Part shown: one piece after another, positions 9,347 to 18,641 of the stretch
Position numbering within the stretch: the stretch's first letter is position 1
Layout of the letters: every line of letters begins with the position of its first letter
From: a virus
Lineage: Duplodnaviria; Caudoviricetes
Reading direction: 5' to 3' (one strand)
DNA: 62,907 bases
IMG/VR virus record: IMGVR_UViG_3300048851_000073
Span: 1 to 62,907 of that record
The notes under the pieces: generated by a model
The model's database searches: none
What the model was told of the DNA's origin: nothing
What the model saw: the letters and a program-made list of their open reading frames with translations, nothing else
Made by a program: the position numbers and the translations under genes

Positions 9347-9452
9347 ATGTAGTTTTCCTTGCGACCTACGTCGCGTTAATTTGTCAATGCTATGTTCGTT
9401 GTAGAAACCGCTACTGTTGAAAACGCGTGATGGTCGCGGTTTTAGTACATAT

Positions 9453-10106
9453 CTACTTATTGGTGGTTTCTTTGTAGCGACGCCAAAGGATTTCTTTGTC
9501 CAGTTCTTGCCGCTTCATGTACCTACGCAAGGTTTCGATGTTCACGTCAAGCAGACGGGCGATCGCGGCTTTGGACACATCGTTCATGCGATACTGGATA
9601 ATTTCCTCGTCCTTGCCATGGAGTTTCAGCTTTTCAGGACTCGTCGATCCGAGCGGCCTGCCTAGCACGACGCCCTCGGCCTTCTTACGTGCTAACGCTT
9701 CACGGGTACGCGCTGAGATGAGGTTGCGCTCAATCTCTGCCGACAGTCCGAAGGCGAACGCCAGGACCTTGGAGTTGATGTCGTCCTGGAAGACGATGTT
9801 CTCCTTAACTGCGATGATGGTGATCCCGCGGTCGATGAGCTGCTGGATCGTGTTGAGAACGTCAAGCAAGCGACGACTGATGCGGCTCGTCTCGCTGACT
9901 ATGAGGGTGTCGCCAGCCTCCAGGCTATCGAGCACCTCACTGAACTTGCGCTCGGTGATCGTGCTCTTGTAGCCAGAGATGGTTTCGCCGACGATCTCTG
10001 CAATCTCAAGGTGCTCTCGTTCAGCATAGAGGCGGATGCCGCTCAGTTGGTTGTCCGTCTCCTGCTTGATCGTGCTGACACGAATGTAGGCAACGATCCG
10101 GCCCAC
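9453..10106 (-). CDS. Serine recombinase (resolvase/invertase)
   Basis: AYIRVSTIKQ, SRISR, AEIERNLISART, LGRP, C-terminal HTH. Confidence 0.93.
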   Translation of the reverse strand: MGRIVAYIRVSTIKQETDNQLSGIRLYAEREHLEIAEIVGETISGYKSTITERKFSEVLDSLEAGDTLIVSETSRISRRLLDVLNTIQQLIDRGITIIAVKENIVFQDDINSKVLAFAFGLSAEIERNLISARTREALARKKAEGVVLGRPLGSTSPEKLKLHGKDEEIIQYRMNDVSKAAIARLLDVNIETLRRYMKRQELDKEILWRRYKETTNK

Positions 10107-10345
10107 TAAAATCTAGCCACTTCCTTCTCATGTTTGATGATGAGCGAGTTCAGCTGTGCAACTTCGACCAGCGATAGCGAGTGGCCCTTAGTGCGTTTGC
10201 GTGGGACCTTCACTCCGGCCTTACGCATCTGTTTAATCCGGGCAGCCAACGTCTGTCCTGAGATACCCAGCGTCTTAGCTGCATCTGCTGTGGTTTCGCT
10301 GCGTAGGTATGTTACGAGAGTTTCTCGGTAGTCGACAGCCTTCAT
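10106..10345 (-). CDS. HTH DNA-binding protein
   Basis: TADAAKTLGISGQTLAARIKQMR; start moved to MKAVDY. Confidence 0.65.
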   Translation of the reverse strand: MKAVDYRETLVTYLRSETTADAAKTLGISGQTLAARIKQMRKAGVKVPRKRTKGHSLSLVEVAQLNSLIIKHEKEVARF

Positions 10346-10890
10346 CACGCAGCCTTCTTCGCGGGTCGACCCACCTTCTTCGCTACAGTCCTCTTCGCTG
10401 GCTTCTGCGCCTTGAACGCTTCCCACTGATCTAGCTCGGCTTGAGTTAGGTATGGGGGAGTGACGGGGAAGACTTCGACGAACCAAGTTGGCTCTTTCTC
10501 GACGCTGTCGCGATCTAGGTTGCAGTCGTCATCTTCGATCCCTACGCTTCGTCGTGACTCAGGATACTTGAAATAATCGGTCGTAATCATTTTATACTCT
10601 TGATCGCCGTCGTCACATGCCTCTTGAAAGAGTGCACCTTTGCGGATGTCAGGTAGATCCTTTAGTAGTTTGTATGTCTTGCGTGCCATTGGTGCACCTC
10701 CTTCATCTATTAGGTCAAAGTAAATATAATCTAGTGTAAACTCGCCGCCTTTTCCATTTGCTCGTATCGCTTTGAAGTAGTCTTTCGCGACCCGCGTTAC
10801 GCGTCCTCGCCAACCTGCCTGAGTTATCCCATACTTAGCGGTTGCTGCGGCTGTACCGACGATCTGATCGCCGACTTTAAACTTGCTCAT
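10345..10890 (-). CDS. Hypothetical phage protein
   Basis: Coupled ORF; basic C-terminal tail. Confidence 0.6.
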   Translation of the reverse strand: MSKFKVGDQIVGTAAATAKYGITQAGWRGRVTRVAKDYFKAIRANGKGGEFTLDYIYFDLIDEGGAPMARKTYKLLKDLPDIRKGALFQEACDDGDQEYKMITTDYFKYPESRRSVGIEDDDCNLDRDSVEKEPTWFVEVFPVTPPYLTQAELDQWEAFKAQKPAKRTVAKKVGRPAKKAA

Positions 10891-11102
10891 CTCTCGCCTT
10901 CCTCCGACTTCTTACTTCGTCTACTCGCTGCCCCACCCTTTTTGCCCGCTAGTCTGCGTAGCTCTGGTGCCATGGCAGCGAAACCCTTAGGTGTCGCGTT
11001 TGGAGCAGACCCACCGAGCTTTCCGATCACCCGGTAAAAGTCTGGATTCTTCGCTAAGTTCTTAGCAGCAGCGCGCTTGCCTCCCTCTACTGTTCCACTC
11101 AT
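10887..11102 (-). CDS. KGG-motif (general stress protein-like) small protein
   Basis: GGKRAAAKNLAKNPDFYRVIGKLGG...GFAA...LAGKKGGAASRR. Confidence 0.75.
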   Translation of the reverse strand: MSGTVEGGKRAAAKNLAKNPDFYRVIGKLGGSAPNATPKGFAAMAPELRRLAGKKGGAASRRSKKSEEGER

Positions 11103-11105
11103 GCT

Positions 11106-11525
11106 TTACCTCCGATCCTTCCTGAGTGGGCGCATGCCCTTTAATTTGTTCAGCACGCGGGTAGCAACAGCCTTTCGACTGCGTGCAGCTCGCCGTGCTC
11201 TGGCGTCCGCCACGGTGCGGCGCTGCTGTTCCTCGGCGACCCATTCGTGGGTTCCCTTCGACTCTTTACGGAGCGGCTTGAAGTGTTCATCCCAGAAGGT
11301 GTCCCAAGTTTTGGCGTTCGTCTTACTCGACTTCTGCATGCGCTCGTCAAAGTACTTTTTGAGCTGAGCTAGTTCCTCGACGGTCGCGTACTGGATGGGT
11401 TTGCCCATCGGCCGCTGTTGGGGGATGCCCTGGGGTCTAGCGACTGCCTCGGTTGAGTTCGTCGTCTTACGTGGCCGGCCTCTGCGGGCTGGCGGTTGGG
11501 TTGGTTGTTGTGGCTTGTCTGCCAT
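11106..11525 (-). CDS. Hypothetical basic protein with AT-hook-like RRGRPRK
   Basis: SD AAGGA; RGRP motif. Confidence 0.55.
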   Translation of the reverse strand: MADKPQQPTQPPARRGRPRKTTNSTEAVARPQGIPQQRPMGKPIQYATVEELAQLKKYFDERMQKSSKTNAKTWDTFWDEHFKPLRKESKGTHEWVAEEQQRRTVADARARRAARSRKAVATRVLNKLKGMRPLRKDRR

Positions 11526-11551
11526 GTAAATCCTTGGAGCAAAGCTCCGTC

Positions 11552-11776
11552 TTAATTACTAGTAAGGAGTCCGTTGAGCGAACCACCAAGTGCGAAGTCC
11601 AACTGCTGACAGCTGTGACACATACCTGTGGGTTCTAGCTCTCGTGGGTTGAGGCACGCCTTGCATGTCCCGAAGACCGTGAACTGCTCTGCGTGGAGCG
11701 CGTCCAGGGCTTCGGCTTCCATCTCCTGGGCGAAGTAGTCCTGGTCCCATGGGGTGAACTCGTATTCGAGGCTCAT
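11552..11776 (-). CDS. Small CxxC..CxxC protein
   Basis: CKAC...CHSC. Confidence 0.55.
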   Translation of the reverse strand: MSLEYEFTPWDQDYFAQEMEAEALDALHAEQFTVFGTCKACLNPRELEPTGMCHSCQQLDFALGGSLNGLLTSN

Positions 11777-12171
11777 GAGGCGGTCTCCAGGAGGTCGGGG
11801 TTTTCGTAGATGTTGCCGATGACTTCAAACCCAGGCGTACCCCAGAGCGCGTCGCTCAGGAGATAATCGCTATCCATGTCTGTGTCGTCCGGCGTGGCTA
11901 GATCGAATACCGCCCCAGCATCGTTCCAACAGACGGTGTACTGAGCACCGAGAATCTTCCCGATGTCACCCTCGTATATCTCCACACCGTTCTTGTCTTT
12001 GAGGCCGGTGAATTGCATGTAGATTGCGTCGTCGTAGACCTCGACCACGTGAGTTTCATCGTTATTCCAGACACCAGTGACGAGCAGCTCGTCCTGGAGG
12101 TTGATGGCGCGCATGTCGAACATCAACTCGCGATGGGGCACCCATGCTCTGAACTTGATCACCCGACTCAT
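11773..12171 (-). CDS. YopX family protein
   Basis: IKFRAW, MQFTGLKDKNGVEIYEGDI, EVIGNIYENPDLL. Confidence 0.93.
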   Translation of the reverse strand: MSRVIKFRAWVPHRELMFDMRAINLQDELLVTGVWNNDETHVVEVYDDAIYMQFTGLKDKNGVEIYEGDIGKILGAQYTVCWNDAGAVFDLATPDDTDMDSDYLLSDALWGTPGFEVIGNIYENPDLLETAS

Positions 12172-13007
12172 AAGTCATCACTCCCAAGCGCCTTCTGCAT
12201 CGCTTTGATCCCTGCGATCACTGACTCGTTAGTGTCCAGTGCCTTGATCCGTGCATCGATAGCTCGCGGCTCGATCCCGTCTGCTTCCATTAGGGAGCGA
12301 AGCAGTGCGACATTGCCCTGGTCTAAATCGGCAGCCGGTTTCTCTGGTGGGGTATCGACTACCTCACCCCCATCTGCCTTCGCTGGCTCAGGTGGGGGCG
12401 TAGCGGCGTCTGTAGACGGCCTACCATCAGCAAGCTTCTTCTCCATCGCCTTGATGGCGTTAGACACCTTCTCCTCGGTGTTGAGGGTCTTGAGCTTTGC
12501 GTTGATCGCTCTCGGCTCAATGCCGGCCTCAACCATCAGCTCGCGTAACCGCTCCATGTCTTCGTCCACTTCTTCAGCGTCGAAGTCAGGATCTTTGGTG
12601 TCGTCGATGGCAAACAGGTTCTGAAGTGCGTACTTCTTGGCGTAGCTCCCGGTCTTGCCTGTCACCTGCGCGGTGTCGAGGATGGCGCTGCCAGACTTCG
12701 ACAGCTCGACTTCGTTCTCCCAGGCTGAGGCTTCAGCGCTGTGGACTTCCTCTGGCTTCGCTGTGTTGATGACGGTCGCGGTTGCTGTGACGTAGTTCCG
12801 TCCATTCAGCTCGATCATGCGATCAGTGGTGAACAGGTAGAGGCCGTACTTGCGACAGACCGGTCGATAGGCTTTGAGTATCTGCTCCGCGGAACGGGCC
12901 TTGCCGAACTTGCCGCTAATCTCTCGCGGCGCGACGGCTTGTGCCTGAACCTTGAGTAGGAGCTGGTAGATGTTACCTTCCGCTACTTCCTTGTCTTGTT
13001 TTGCCAT
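12168..13007 (-). CDS. ERF-family ssDNA annealing protein with duplicated C-terminal domain
   Basis: AQVTGKTGSYAKKYALQNLFAIDDTKDPD; start moved to MAKQDK. Confidence 0.85.
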   Translation of the reverse strand: MAKQDKEVAEGNIYQLLLKVQAQAVAPREISGKFGKARSAEQILKAYRPVCRKYGLYLFTTDRMIELNGRNYVTATATVINTAKPEEVHSAEASAWENEVELSKSGSAILDTAQVTGKTGSYAKKYALQNLFAIDDTKDPDFDAEEVDEDMERLRELMVEAGIEPRAINAKLKTLNTEEKVSNAIKAMEKKLADGRPSTDAATPPPEPAKADGGEVVDTPPEKPAADLDQGNVALLRSLMEADGIEPRAIDARIKALDTNESVIAGIKAMQKALGSDDL

Positions 13008-13230
13008 TGCTTGATTCCTTATTAAGTTGTTTGACTCTGTACCCCTGGATGTCCTGGTCCTCACGTACGAGTGTTTGTATCACTAGTGAGCGGTTCATGT
13101 CGGGGTACTGTTTCTTCTGCGCCTCTACATATGCGTCGAGGGCTTCTAAGTCGACCTTCGTGAGAGTCACTGTTATGCGTGGAAGTATCTTCCCGCGGAC
13201 TAAATGAATCTTTATGAAGTTCTTTGGCAT
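12973..13230 (-). CDS. Ribbon-helix-helix regulator
   Basis: RITVTLTKVDLEALDAYV...NRSLVIQTLV; first gene after P2. Confidence 0.6.
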   Translation of the reverse strand: MPKNFIKIHLVRGKILPRITVTLTKVDLEALDAYVEAQKKQYPDMNRSLVIQTLVREDQDIQGYRVKQLNKESSNGKTRQGSSGR

Positions 13231-13333
13231 GTGTTTCTATCTCCTGACAAACATACCCTCCCGTCTATCGTTGATTGCTGTGCAATACGGTGTAACTGTC
13301 CAGCTCTCATTGCTGCGTCGATTGCTATTTATC

Positions 13334-13362
13334 AGTATGAGCCATTTATTGTAAATAAGCAA
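13334..13362 (-). promoter_or_regulatory. Promoter P2: TTGCTT-17-CATACT with AAATGGCT
   Basis: Perfect DnaA box at 13390-13398. Confidence 0.7.
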
Positions 13363-13435
13363 GAGTGATTTATTACTAATCGCAAAAACTGTGGATAAGT
13401 CGTCTAAGAACAATGTGTGGTTAAATTGTCTCTAG

Positions 13436-14272
13436 ATGGACCCTGTTCTAATCCCACCGCAAAGCACTGCCAATCCTGTTGCTAGCGCCATAGCCAAACT
13501 GGCGCTGACCTGCGTCAATCAACGCCCAGCGGCCGCAACTCAGTACCAGTACCTTAGTGGTATGAAACTTCTTCGCCGTGACGCTGACATACTGACTGGT
13601 GTGGCGGCGTTCGGGGCGCTCACGACGGCCCAGGTCCGCGCCCTGTACTTCCACGAACTCAAGTCTGATTCGCCCTGCACGACAGCACTCCGTCGCCTGG
13701 TCGCGGCAGGGATGCTGGCGAAGGTGACGATCCGGTTCCCCCTGAAGGATCGGGGTGCGCCGATGAGCTGCTTCCAGATCGGGCCGAACGGATGGAAGTC
13801 GTTCTACTCAAAACGGTTCACGCCGATCCGCGATCAGATGAAACTCATGCACACGCTGGCCGTCGCAGACGCGCATATCGCCACCGTCCAGTTGGAACGA
13901 GCGGGAGAGATAGAGATTCTGGAATACGCCAACGAGCCGGACACCTGGATTGAACTCGGTGGATCGGAGCTGCGGCCCGACATGTACCACGATCTGCATC
14001 TGATCAAGGCGAAGCAGAGGGTGGTTTACTGGATTGAGGTCGAGGAATCGAGAAAGTCACAACCGAAGTTAATTAAAAAGCTGCACGCCTATAAGCGCGC
14101 TGAACGCGATTCTGGTCGCTACCCCGGTGACAAGTTCCCGCAAGTGATGGTCTTGGCTACGACACCAGAGAGACTACGAGATATACGTTCAGCGCTGAAG
14201 AAGGCGAAGATGCCTGACGGGTATGTAGAAGTACACATGTTAGAGAGTTATCCACAGTTTTTACTGAGGTAA
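13436..14272 (+). CDS. Replication-relaxation (Replic_Relax-like) protein
   Basis: RDADIL..FGALTTAQVRALYF wHTH, HTLAVAD, LRPD, WIEVE PD-(D/E)xK-like core; true start may be 13562. Confidence 0.8.
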   Translation: MDPVLIPPQSTANPVASAIAKLALTCVNQRPAAATQYQYLSGMKLLRRDADILTGVAAFGALTTAQVRALYFHELKSDSPCTTALRRLVAAGMLAKVTIRFPLKDRGAPMSCFQIGPNGWKSFYSKRFTPIRDQMKLMHTLAVADAHIATVQLERAGEIEILEYANEPDTWIELGGSELRPDMYHDLHLIKAKQRVVYWIEVEESRKSQPKLIKKLHAYKRAERDSGRYPGDKFPQVMVLATTPERLRDIRSALKKAKMPDGYVEVHMLESYPQFLLR

Positions 14273-14288
14273 TTACAACAAAAGACTA

Positions 14289-14317
14289 TTGTATTTTTAG
14301 CTTAAATGGCTCATACT
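14289..14317 (+). promoter_or_regulatory. Promoter P3: TTGTAT-17-CATACT with AAATGGCT
   Basis: Perfect DnaA box at 14248-14256. Confidence 0.7.
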
Positions 14318-14354
14318 AATATGTGGAATCAAGCTAAACGGAGAACAACTTAAT

Positions 14355-14564
14355 ATGGTAACTAGAACAAGAAAGACATCGGTCGGACTTACTGACACTC
14401 TCACAGGCGAGATCATTGATCTGACCCCACTCGGTCGTCCGCCACGCAAGCGGACTCGCAAGGCTGCTGCACGTTATACCAACACTAAAAGCATTATGGG
14501 TAACTCAGCATGGATCGTGGCTATGGCCTCGACGTTGGGTTTGGTGATTGCGATAACTAAATAG
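14355..14564 (+). CDS. Small protein with C-terminal TM
   Basis: SD GGAG; follows P3. Confidence 0.6.
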   Translation: MVTRTRKTSVGLTDTLTGEIIDLTPLGRPPRKRTRKAAARYTNTKSIMGNSAWIVAMASTLGLVIAITK

Positions 14565-14786
14565 GTGAACGCTATGAGAGAGCAACTCGAAGAACAGGCA
14601 AGACAATCCGTGTGTCCATGCTGGTACTACGATTTGTGTGATCAGATGGATGAAACTGAGGATGATACGTTGCGAGAGATTATCGCAGATCCGCAGTATG
14701 GGCATAAGCACGCACAACAAAGCGACCCTGTGTCCAGCGAGGAATACGAGCAAGAACTAGCGAATTGTACGACAATAACTAAATAG
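14565..14786 (+). CDS. Hypothetical protein
   Basis: Operon position. Confidence 0.55.
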   Translation: MNAMREQLEEQARQSVCPCWYYDLCDQMDETEDDTLREIIADPQYGHKHAQQSDPVSSEEYEQELANCTTITK

Positions 14787-14797
14787 GGGACACGATT

Positions 14798-15025
14798 ATG
14801 ATTTACAAAGGATATGAGATTACAGCAAGCGCAAAAACATATGTAACGTGGTCACTTGATGACCATGGTAACCCGGACAAGGCGCTTCGTCGAGACGATG
14901 TTGGGGAGATCGTCGGATACTTCATCAGCAACACCATGAATAACGATGACGAGGACTTCGTGGAAGGCAAACGAATCGAAGCGGCGACCAATGTTATAGA
15001 CGAGTACGTCGCTGCTGCTGAATAG
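14798..15025 (+). CDS. Hypothetical protein
   Basis: SD-like GGGGA; followed by terminator. Confidence 0.6.
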   Translation: MIYKGYEITASAKTYVTWSLDDHGNPDKALRRDDVGEIVGYFISNTMNNDDEDFVEGKRIEAATNVIDEYVAAAE

Positions 15026-15045
15026 TCGTACCGTTAGAACGTAAC

Positions 15046-15075
15046 GAACCCCCGCTATTCTGGCGGGGGTTCTTC
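15046..15075. terminator. Terminator hairpin
   Basis: GAACCCCCGC-N7-GCGGGGGTTC-TT. Confidence 0.7.
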
Positions 15076-15558
15076 TATGTTGGTGTTAGTACGTATGGGT
15101 GGAGTAATTTGGGTATGTGTAGTTCCGTGCAATGTGCTAGCTAGGCTTTGGAGAGTCTGGCTTGTCCTTAATATACGCGCGACCTTTACCGAATACAAAG
15201 CCTTTATTACCCGCGTTGTGAGGTGTGTATACCTTGTGCAGGCGTTTGTACTCTGCGAGGTCTAGGGCACGGGCTGCGGGTGATATTGGTATTTTGAGAA
15301 CGGGCACGGGGATACTACGTCCAGTAAGGGGGAGTTGTTTGTCTTGATTGCCCATGCTGCTGATTATGGCATAGTCAAGGCCTATACGAAATAGAAAGTA
15401 CATGTTAAATTAGAGATACCAATCGCTGTCGAGATACGGCGTGCGGGGTATAAGGAGTCAAAAGAAAAACCGACATATGATTGTCGGCTTCTATTCGCTG
15501 TCGAGATGTTTCTATTATATCAAGAGAGCGCACTTATGCAAATACCTTTATAACCCAT

Positions 15559-15865
15559 CAGTTTGCAGTCTGAAGATCGAGGGAGTCTCGATAACAAAAC
15601 TGTACTGCGCACAAGTAGCCCCTCCCCTCAGTGGATGAAAAATGAAGTGAAACGTGCCTAGGTGCTCTTGAGTGCTCCTATAAGCGTCCGCGCTGTCTGG
15701 CCTGACATCGGGCGACCTGCTGAGTACTCAAGAAGTGAATGGAAAGGGATCTTAACGAGTGGCGATACTAATGCCGGGCAACGTAATCAATCGAGCCGAG
15801 CAAGCTTGGGGCCTAAGATTCAGTCCACAGAATGGTTATATCGGTCTAGCTTGTCGAGTCGGTGC
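15559..15865 (+). ncRNA. Candidate structured ncRNA or origin region
   Basis: No credible ORF; nested stems 15559-15602, 15666-77/15722-33, 15801-06/15848-53. Confidence 0.35.
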
Positions 15866-15944
15866 AATAGCAGGGATTAAGACGCCCCTATGCCCCGACA
15901 CCTGTAGCCTGTGGATAACTTCTCGCGTCTGAGCAATTTGACGA

Positions 15945-15973
15945 TTGACTTTATAACACAAATGGCTCATAGT
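15945..15973 (+). promoter_or_regulatory. Promoter P4: TTGACT-17-CATAGT with AAATGGCT
   Basis: Perfect DnaA box at 15910-15918; lies upstream of the RNA repair operon. Confidence 0.75.
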
Positions 15974-16004
15974 CATTCGTAACAACTTAATGGAGAACAC
16001 ATGA

Positions 16005-16703
16005 ATGCAGTTACTAACAAAGGTACTCGTCGGGTCTAGGCTTCACGGGCTTGAGAACGAACAGTCGGATTACGACTACCGAGGCATCCACATGCACGAT
16101 CTGCAGGATGTGTTGAGTCCATTCAAGACGCTCAAGAAAACCACATGGATCGAAGGCGACGAAGATAACACTAGCTACGAGCTAGCCGACTTCTGCAGGA
16201 GTGCGGTTCATGGTAACGCCACGATCCTTGAAGTCTTCTTTAGTGACCAGGTCATTGCCACGTCACCGGTAGCTGATGAGATGCGCGCTAACTGGCGGAA
16301 GTTTATCGACACCGACAAGGTGGTCATGGCGAGCCGGGGCTACGCAGGTAACCAACTCAACAAGATGCAGCTGTTCGATGACATCGGAGTTAAGGACCAA
16401 CGTCGGACGAGCAAGTTTGCCATCTCGTACTGTCGAGTTCTGTGGCAATGCTCTGAGTTTCTACGTACTGGAGAGTTCCCATGCCGGATCGCTGATCTCG
16501 ATCTCAGACAGTTTCTACTGAAGCTGAAGGCCGGATGGGACGACAAGTACATCCCAGAGTGCACCGAAAGGTTCGCCGCCCTCCAGGCCGACGTGACGAG
16601 TGAATGGAAAACGGCGGACAAAATCAAACCAGACATCGCATGGATCGAGGAGTTTATTTACAAAAGTTATACAGGAGTTCCAATGAATGAAAGTCGCTTA
16701 TAG
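16005..16703 (+). CDS. Pol-beta superfamily nucleotidyltransferase (RlaP/YcgL-like)
   Basis: VGSRLHGL..SDYDYRGI (GS..DxD), GNATILEVFFS. Confidence 0.85.
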   Translation: MQLLTKVLVGSRLHGLENEQSDYDYRGIHMHDLQDVLSPFKTLKKTTWIEGDEDNTSYELADFCRSAVHGNATILEVFFSDQVIATSPVADEMRANWRKFIDTDKVVMASRGYAGNQLNKMQLFDDIGVKDQRRTSKFAISYCRVLWQCSEFLRTGEFPCRIADLDLRQFLLKLKAGWDDKYIPECTERFAALQADVTSEWKTADKIKPDIAWIEEFIYKSYTGVPMNESRL

Positions 16704-17736
16704 CACCACACCACAGAAGAGCAAGCTCGATGAGTACGTCAAGATGGGTCTTCTACGGAGCCAGACCAACGACTCTGGCACGCTCACCATCTACGTCTAT
16801 ACAGAACTGACTCAATTCGATCGTCTCTGGAACAGTGTCACCCGACAGTCAAGGGGACTGGTTCTCGACAACAACAGCCGGTGTGTTATTCGCTGTCTTC
16901 CTAAGTTCTTCAACGACAATGAGCCAGAGGCTCTACTTGAGAAGCCGCGGGACATCGATCCCACCACCTTGGTTGTCCAGGACAAGGTCGACGGTTCTCT
17001 GATCCAGGTCGCCAACGATCCAGAGCACGGGCTGGTCGTCACTTCCAAGGGTAGCTTCAACAGTGACCAGGCGAAATGGGCTAGGCAGATCTGCAAAGAG
17101 CAGTATCCAGTCAGTGCCGGATACTTTGACGCGGGCCTGACCTACATCTTTGAGGTGATCCACCCAGACAACCGGATCGTCATCGACTACGGCGATCGAC
17201 GCGAGTTGATCTTGCTGGCAGTTGTCGAGAACGAGACCGGCAAAGAGCGTGACATCTACACCAGCCGGTACATCGCCTTTGATCGTGTCCCTCTACTCGA
17301 TCCATCAACCCTTGATGACGTCGAGGCACTCAACGACAGCGGGCTCAGCGAGGGAGTTGTCGCTAACTTCGATGGCTACAGGGTCAAGATCAAGACGAGC
17401 GAGTACCTACGCCTGCACCGCATCGTGACAGACTTCACGCCTAAACGTGTTTGGGAGGCTCTTAGCAATGGCGACAGCCTCGACTTCGAGAATATGCCTG
17501 AAGAGTTCCAGACATGGCTAGACAAAGTCTCTGAGGAACTGAAGGCAGAGTTTAGACGACTCGAAACTGAGATCCAGTGCGAGTCCAACGAGGCTTCCGG
17601 TTTGTCAGATAAGGAACTCGGACTCAGCCAAGACTTCAAGTACAAGGGGTACATTTTCCAGCTGCGCAACGGCAAGGACATCGCCCCAACCATCTGGAAA
17701 GCAATCAAACCAAAGAAGGAGGTGATACATGCCTAA
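16687..17736 (+). CDS. T4 Rnl1-like RNA ligase
   Basis: RGLVLD, PKFFN, KVDGSL (motif I), YIFE, PDNRIV, EGVV, VKIKTSEY. Confidence 0.92.
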   Translation: MKVAYSTTPQKSKLDEYVKMGLLRSQTNDSGTLTIYVYTELTQFDRLWNSVTRQSRGLVLDNNSRCVIRCLPKFFNDNEPEALLEKPRDIDPTTLVVQDKVDGSLIQVANDPEHGLVVTSKGSFNSDQAKWARQICKEQYPVSAGYFDAGLTYIFEVIHPDNRIVIDYGDRRELILLAVVENETGKERDIYTSRYIAFDRVPLLDPSTLDDVEALNDSGLSEGVVANFDGYRVKIKTSEYLRLHRIVTDFTPKRVWEALSNGDSLDFENMPEEFQTWLDKVSEELKAEFRRLETEIQCESNEASGLSDKELGLSQDFKYKGYIFQLRNGKDIAPTIWKAIKPKKEVIHA

Positions 17737-18577
17737 GCTACTCATGCTCAAAGGATTACCCGGTAGCGGGAAGAGCACCTACGCTCGTCAACTGGTCGAG
17801 AAGAACCAGTACACCCGCGTCAACAAAGACGATCTACGAGCCATGCTGCACAACAGCACCCACTCTAAGGCCAAGGAAGCGGTTGTGTTGGGTGTCCGGG
17901 ACTACGTGGTCCACGATGCGCTCAGCTCGGGACGCAATGTCGTCGTGGACGACACGAACTTTGCCCCTGCACACGAACTACGGCTACGAGAGATCGCCAA
18001 GGAACACGGTGCCCAGTTCGAGTACAAGCTGATCGATACTCCACTGGACGTTTGCATTGCCCAGGATCTGAAGCGTCCCAACAGTGTGGGACAGAAGGTG
18101 ATCTTGCAGATGTACAACCAGTACTTGAAGCCGGCACCCGTTGAGGAACCCAAGATCGATCCTGCTCTGCCGACTGCAGTCATCTGCGACATCGACGGAA
18201 CTCTTGCTCACATGGTCAACCGAGGGCCGTACGATACCTCAAAGTACCTGGACGATGAGAAAGACGACACGATCCACCTTGTATTTGCCCGGCTGTCGGA
18301 AGGCGCGACAAGGATCATCTGCTCCGGCCGATCCGCCGAGTTCAAGGCGGACACCGCTCGGTGGCTGTATAACCATGGAATTACGTATGACCTGCTACTG
18401 ATGCGTCCAGCGGGTGACACTCGCAAAGACAGCATCATCAAACGCGAACTATACGAAGACCACATCAAGGGTAAGTACAACATCCGCGTTGTCCTAGACG
18501 ATCGCAACCAGGTAGTAGACATGTGGCGCAACGAACTAGGTCTTAAGGTCCTACAGGTAGCAGAGGGTGACTTTTAA
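17729..18577 (+). CDS. pseT: Polynucleotide 5'-kinase/3'-phosphatase (T4 PseT-like)
   Basis: GLPGSGKST P-loop, DDLR, DIDGTL HAD motif, SGR, DDR. Confidence 0.93.
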   Translation: MPKLLMLKGLPGSGKSTYARQLVEKNQYTRVNKDDLRAMLHNSTHSKAKEAVVLGVRDYVVHDALSSGRNVVVDDTNFAPAHELRLREIAKEHGAQFEYKLIDTPLDVCIAQDLKRPNSVGQKVILQMYNQYLKPAPVEEPKIDPALPTAVICDIDGTLAHMVNRGPYDTSKYLDDEKDDTIHLVFARLSEGATRIICSGRSAEFKADTARWLYNHGITYDLLLMRPAGDTRKDSIIKRELYEDHIKGKYNIRVVLDDRNQVVDMWRNELGLKVLQVAEGDF

Positions 18578-18641
18578 CGGGGCGTGATCCCTTAATAACC
18601 CGTTCTAATCAAGTTATCCACAGCTCCCGTTCATTTCGCTA

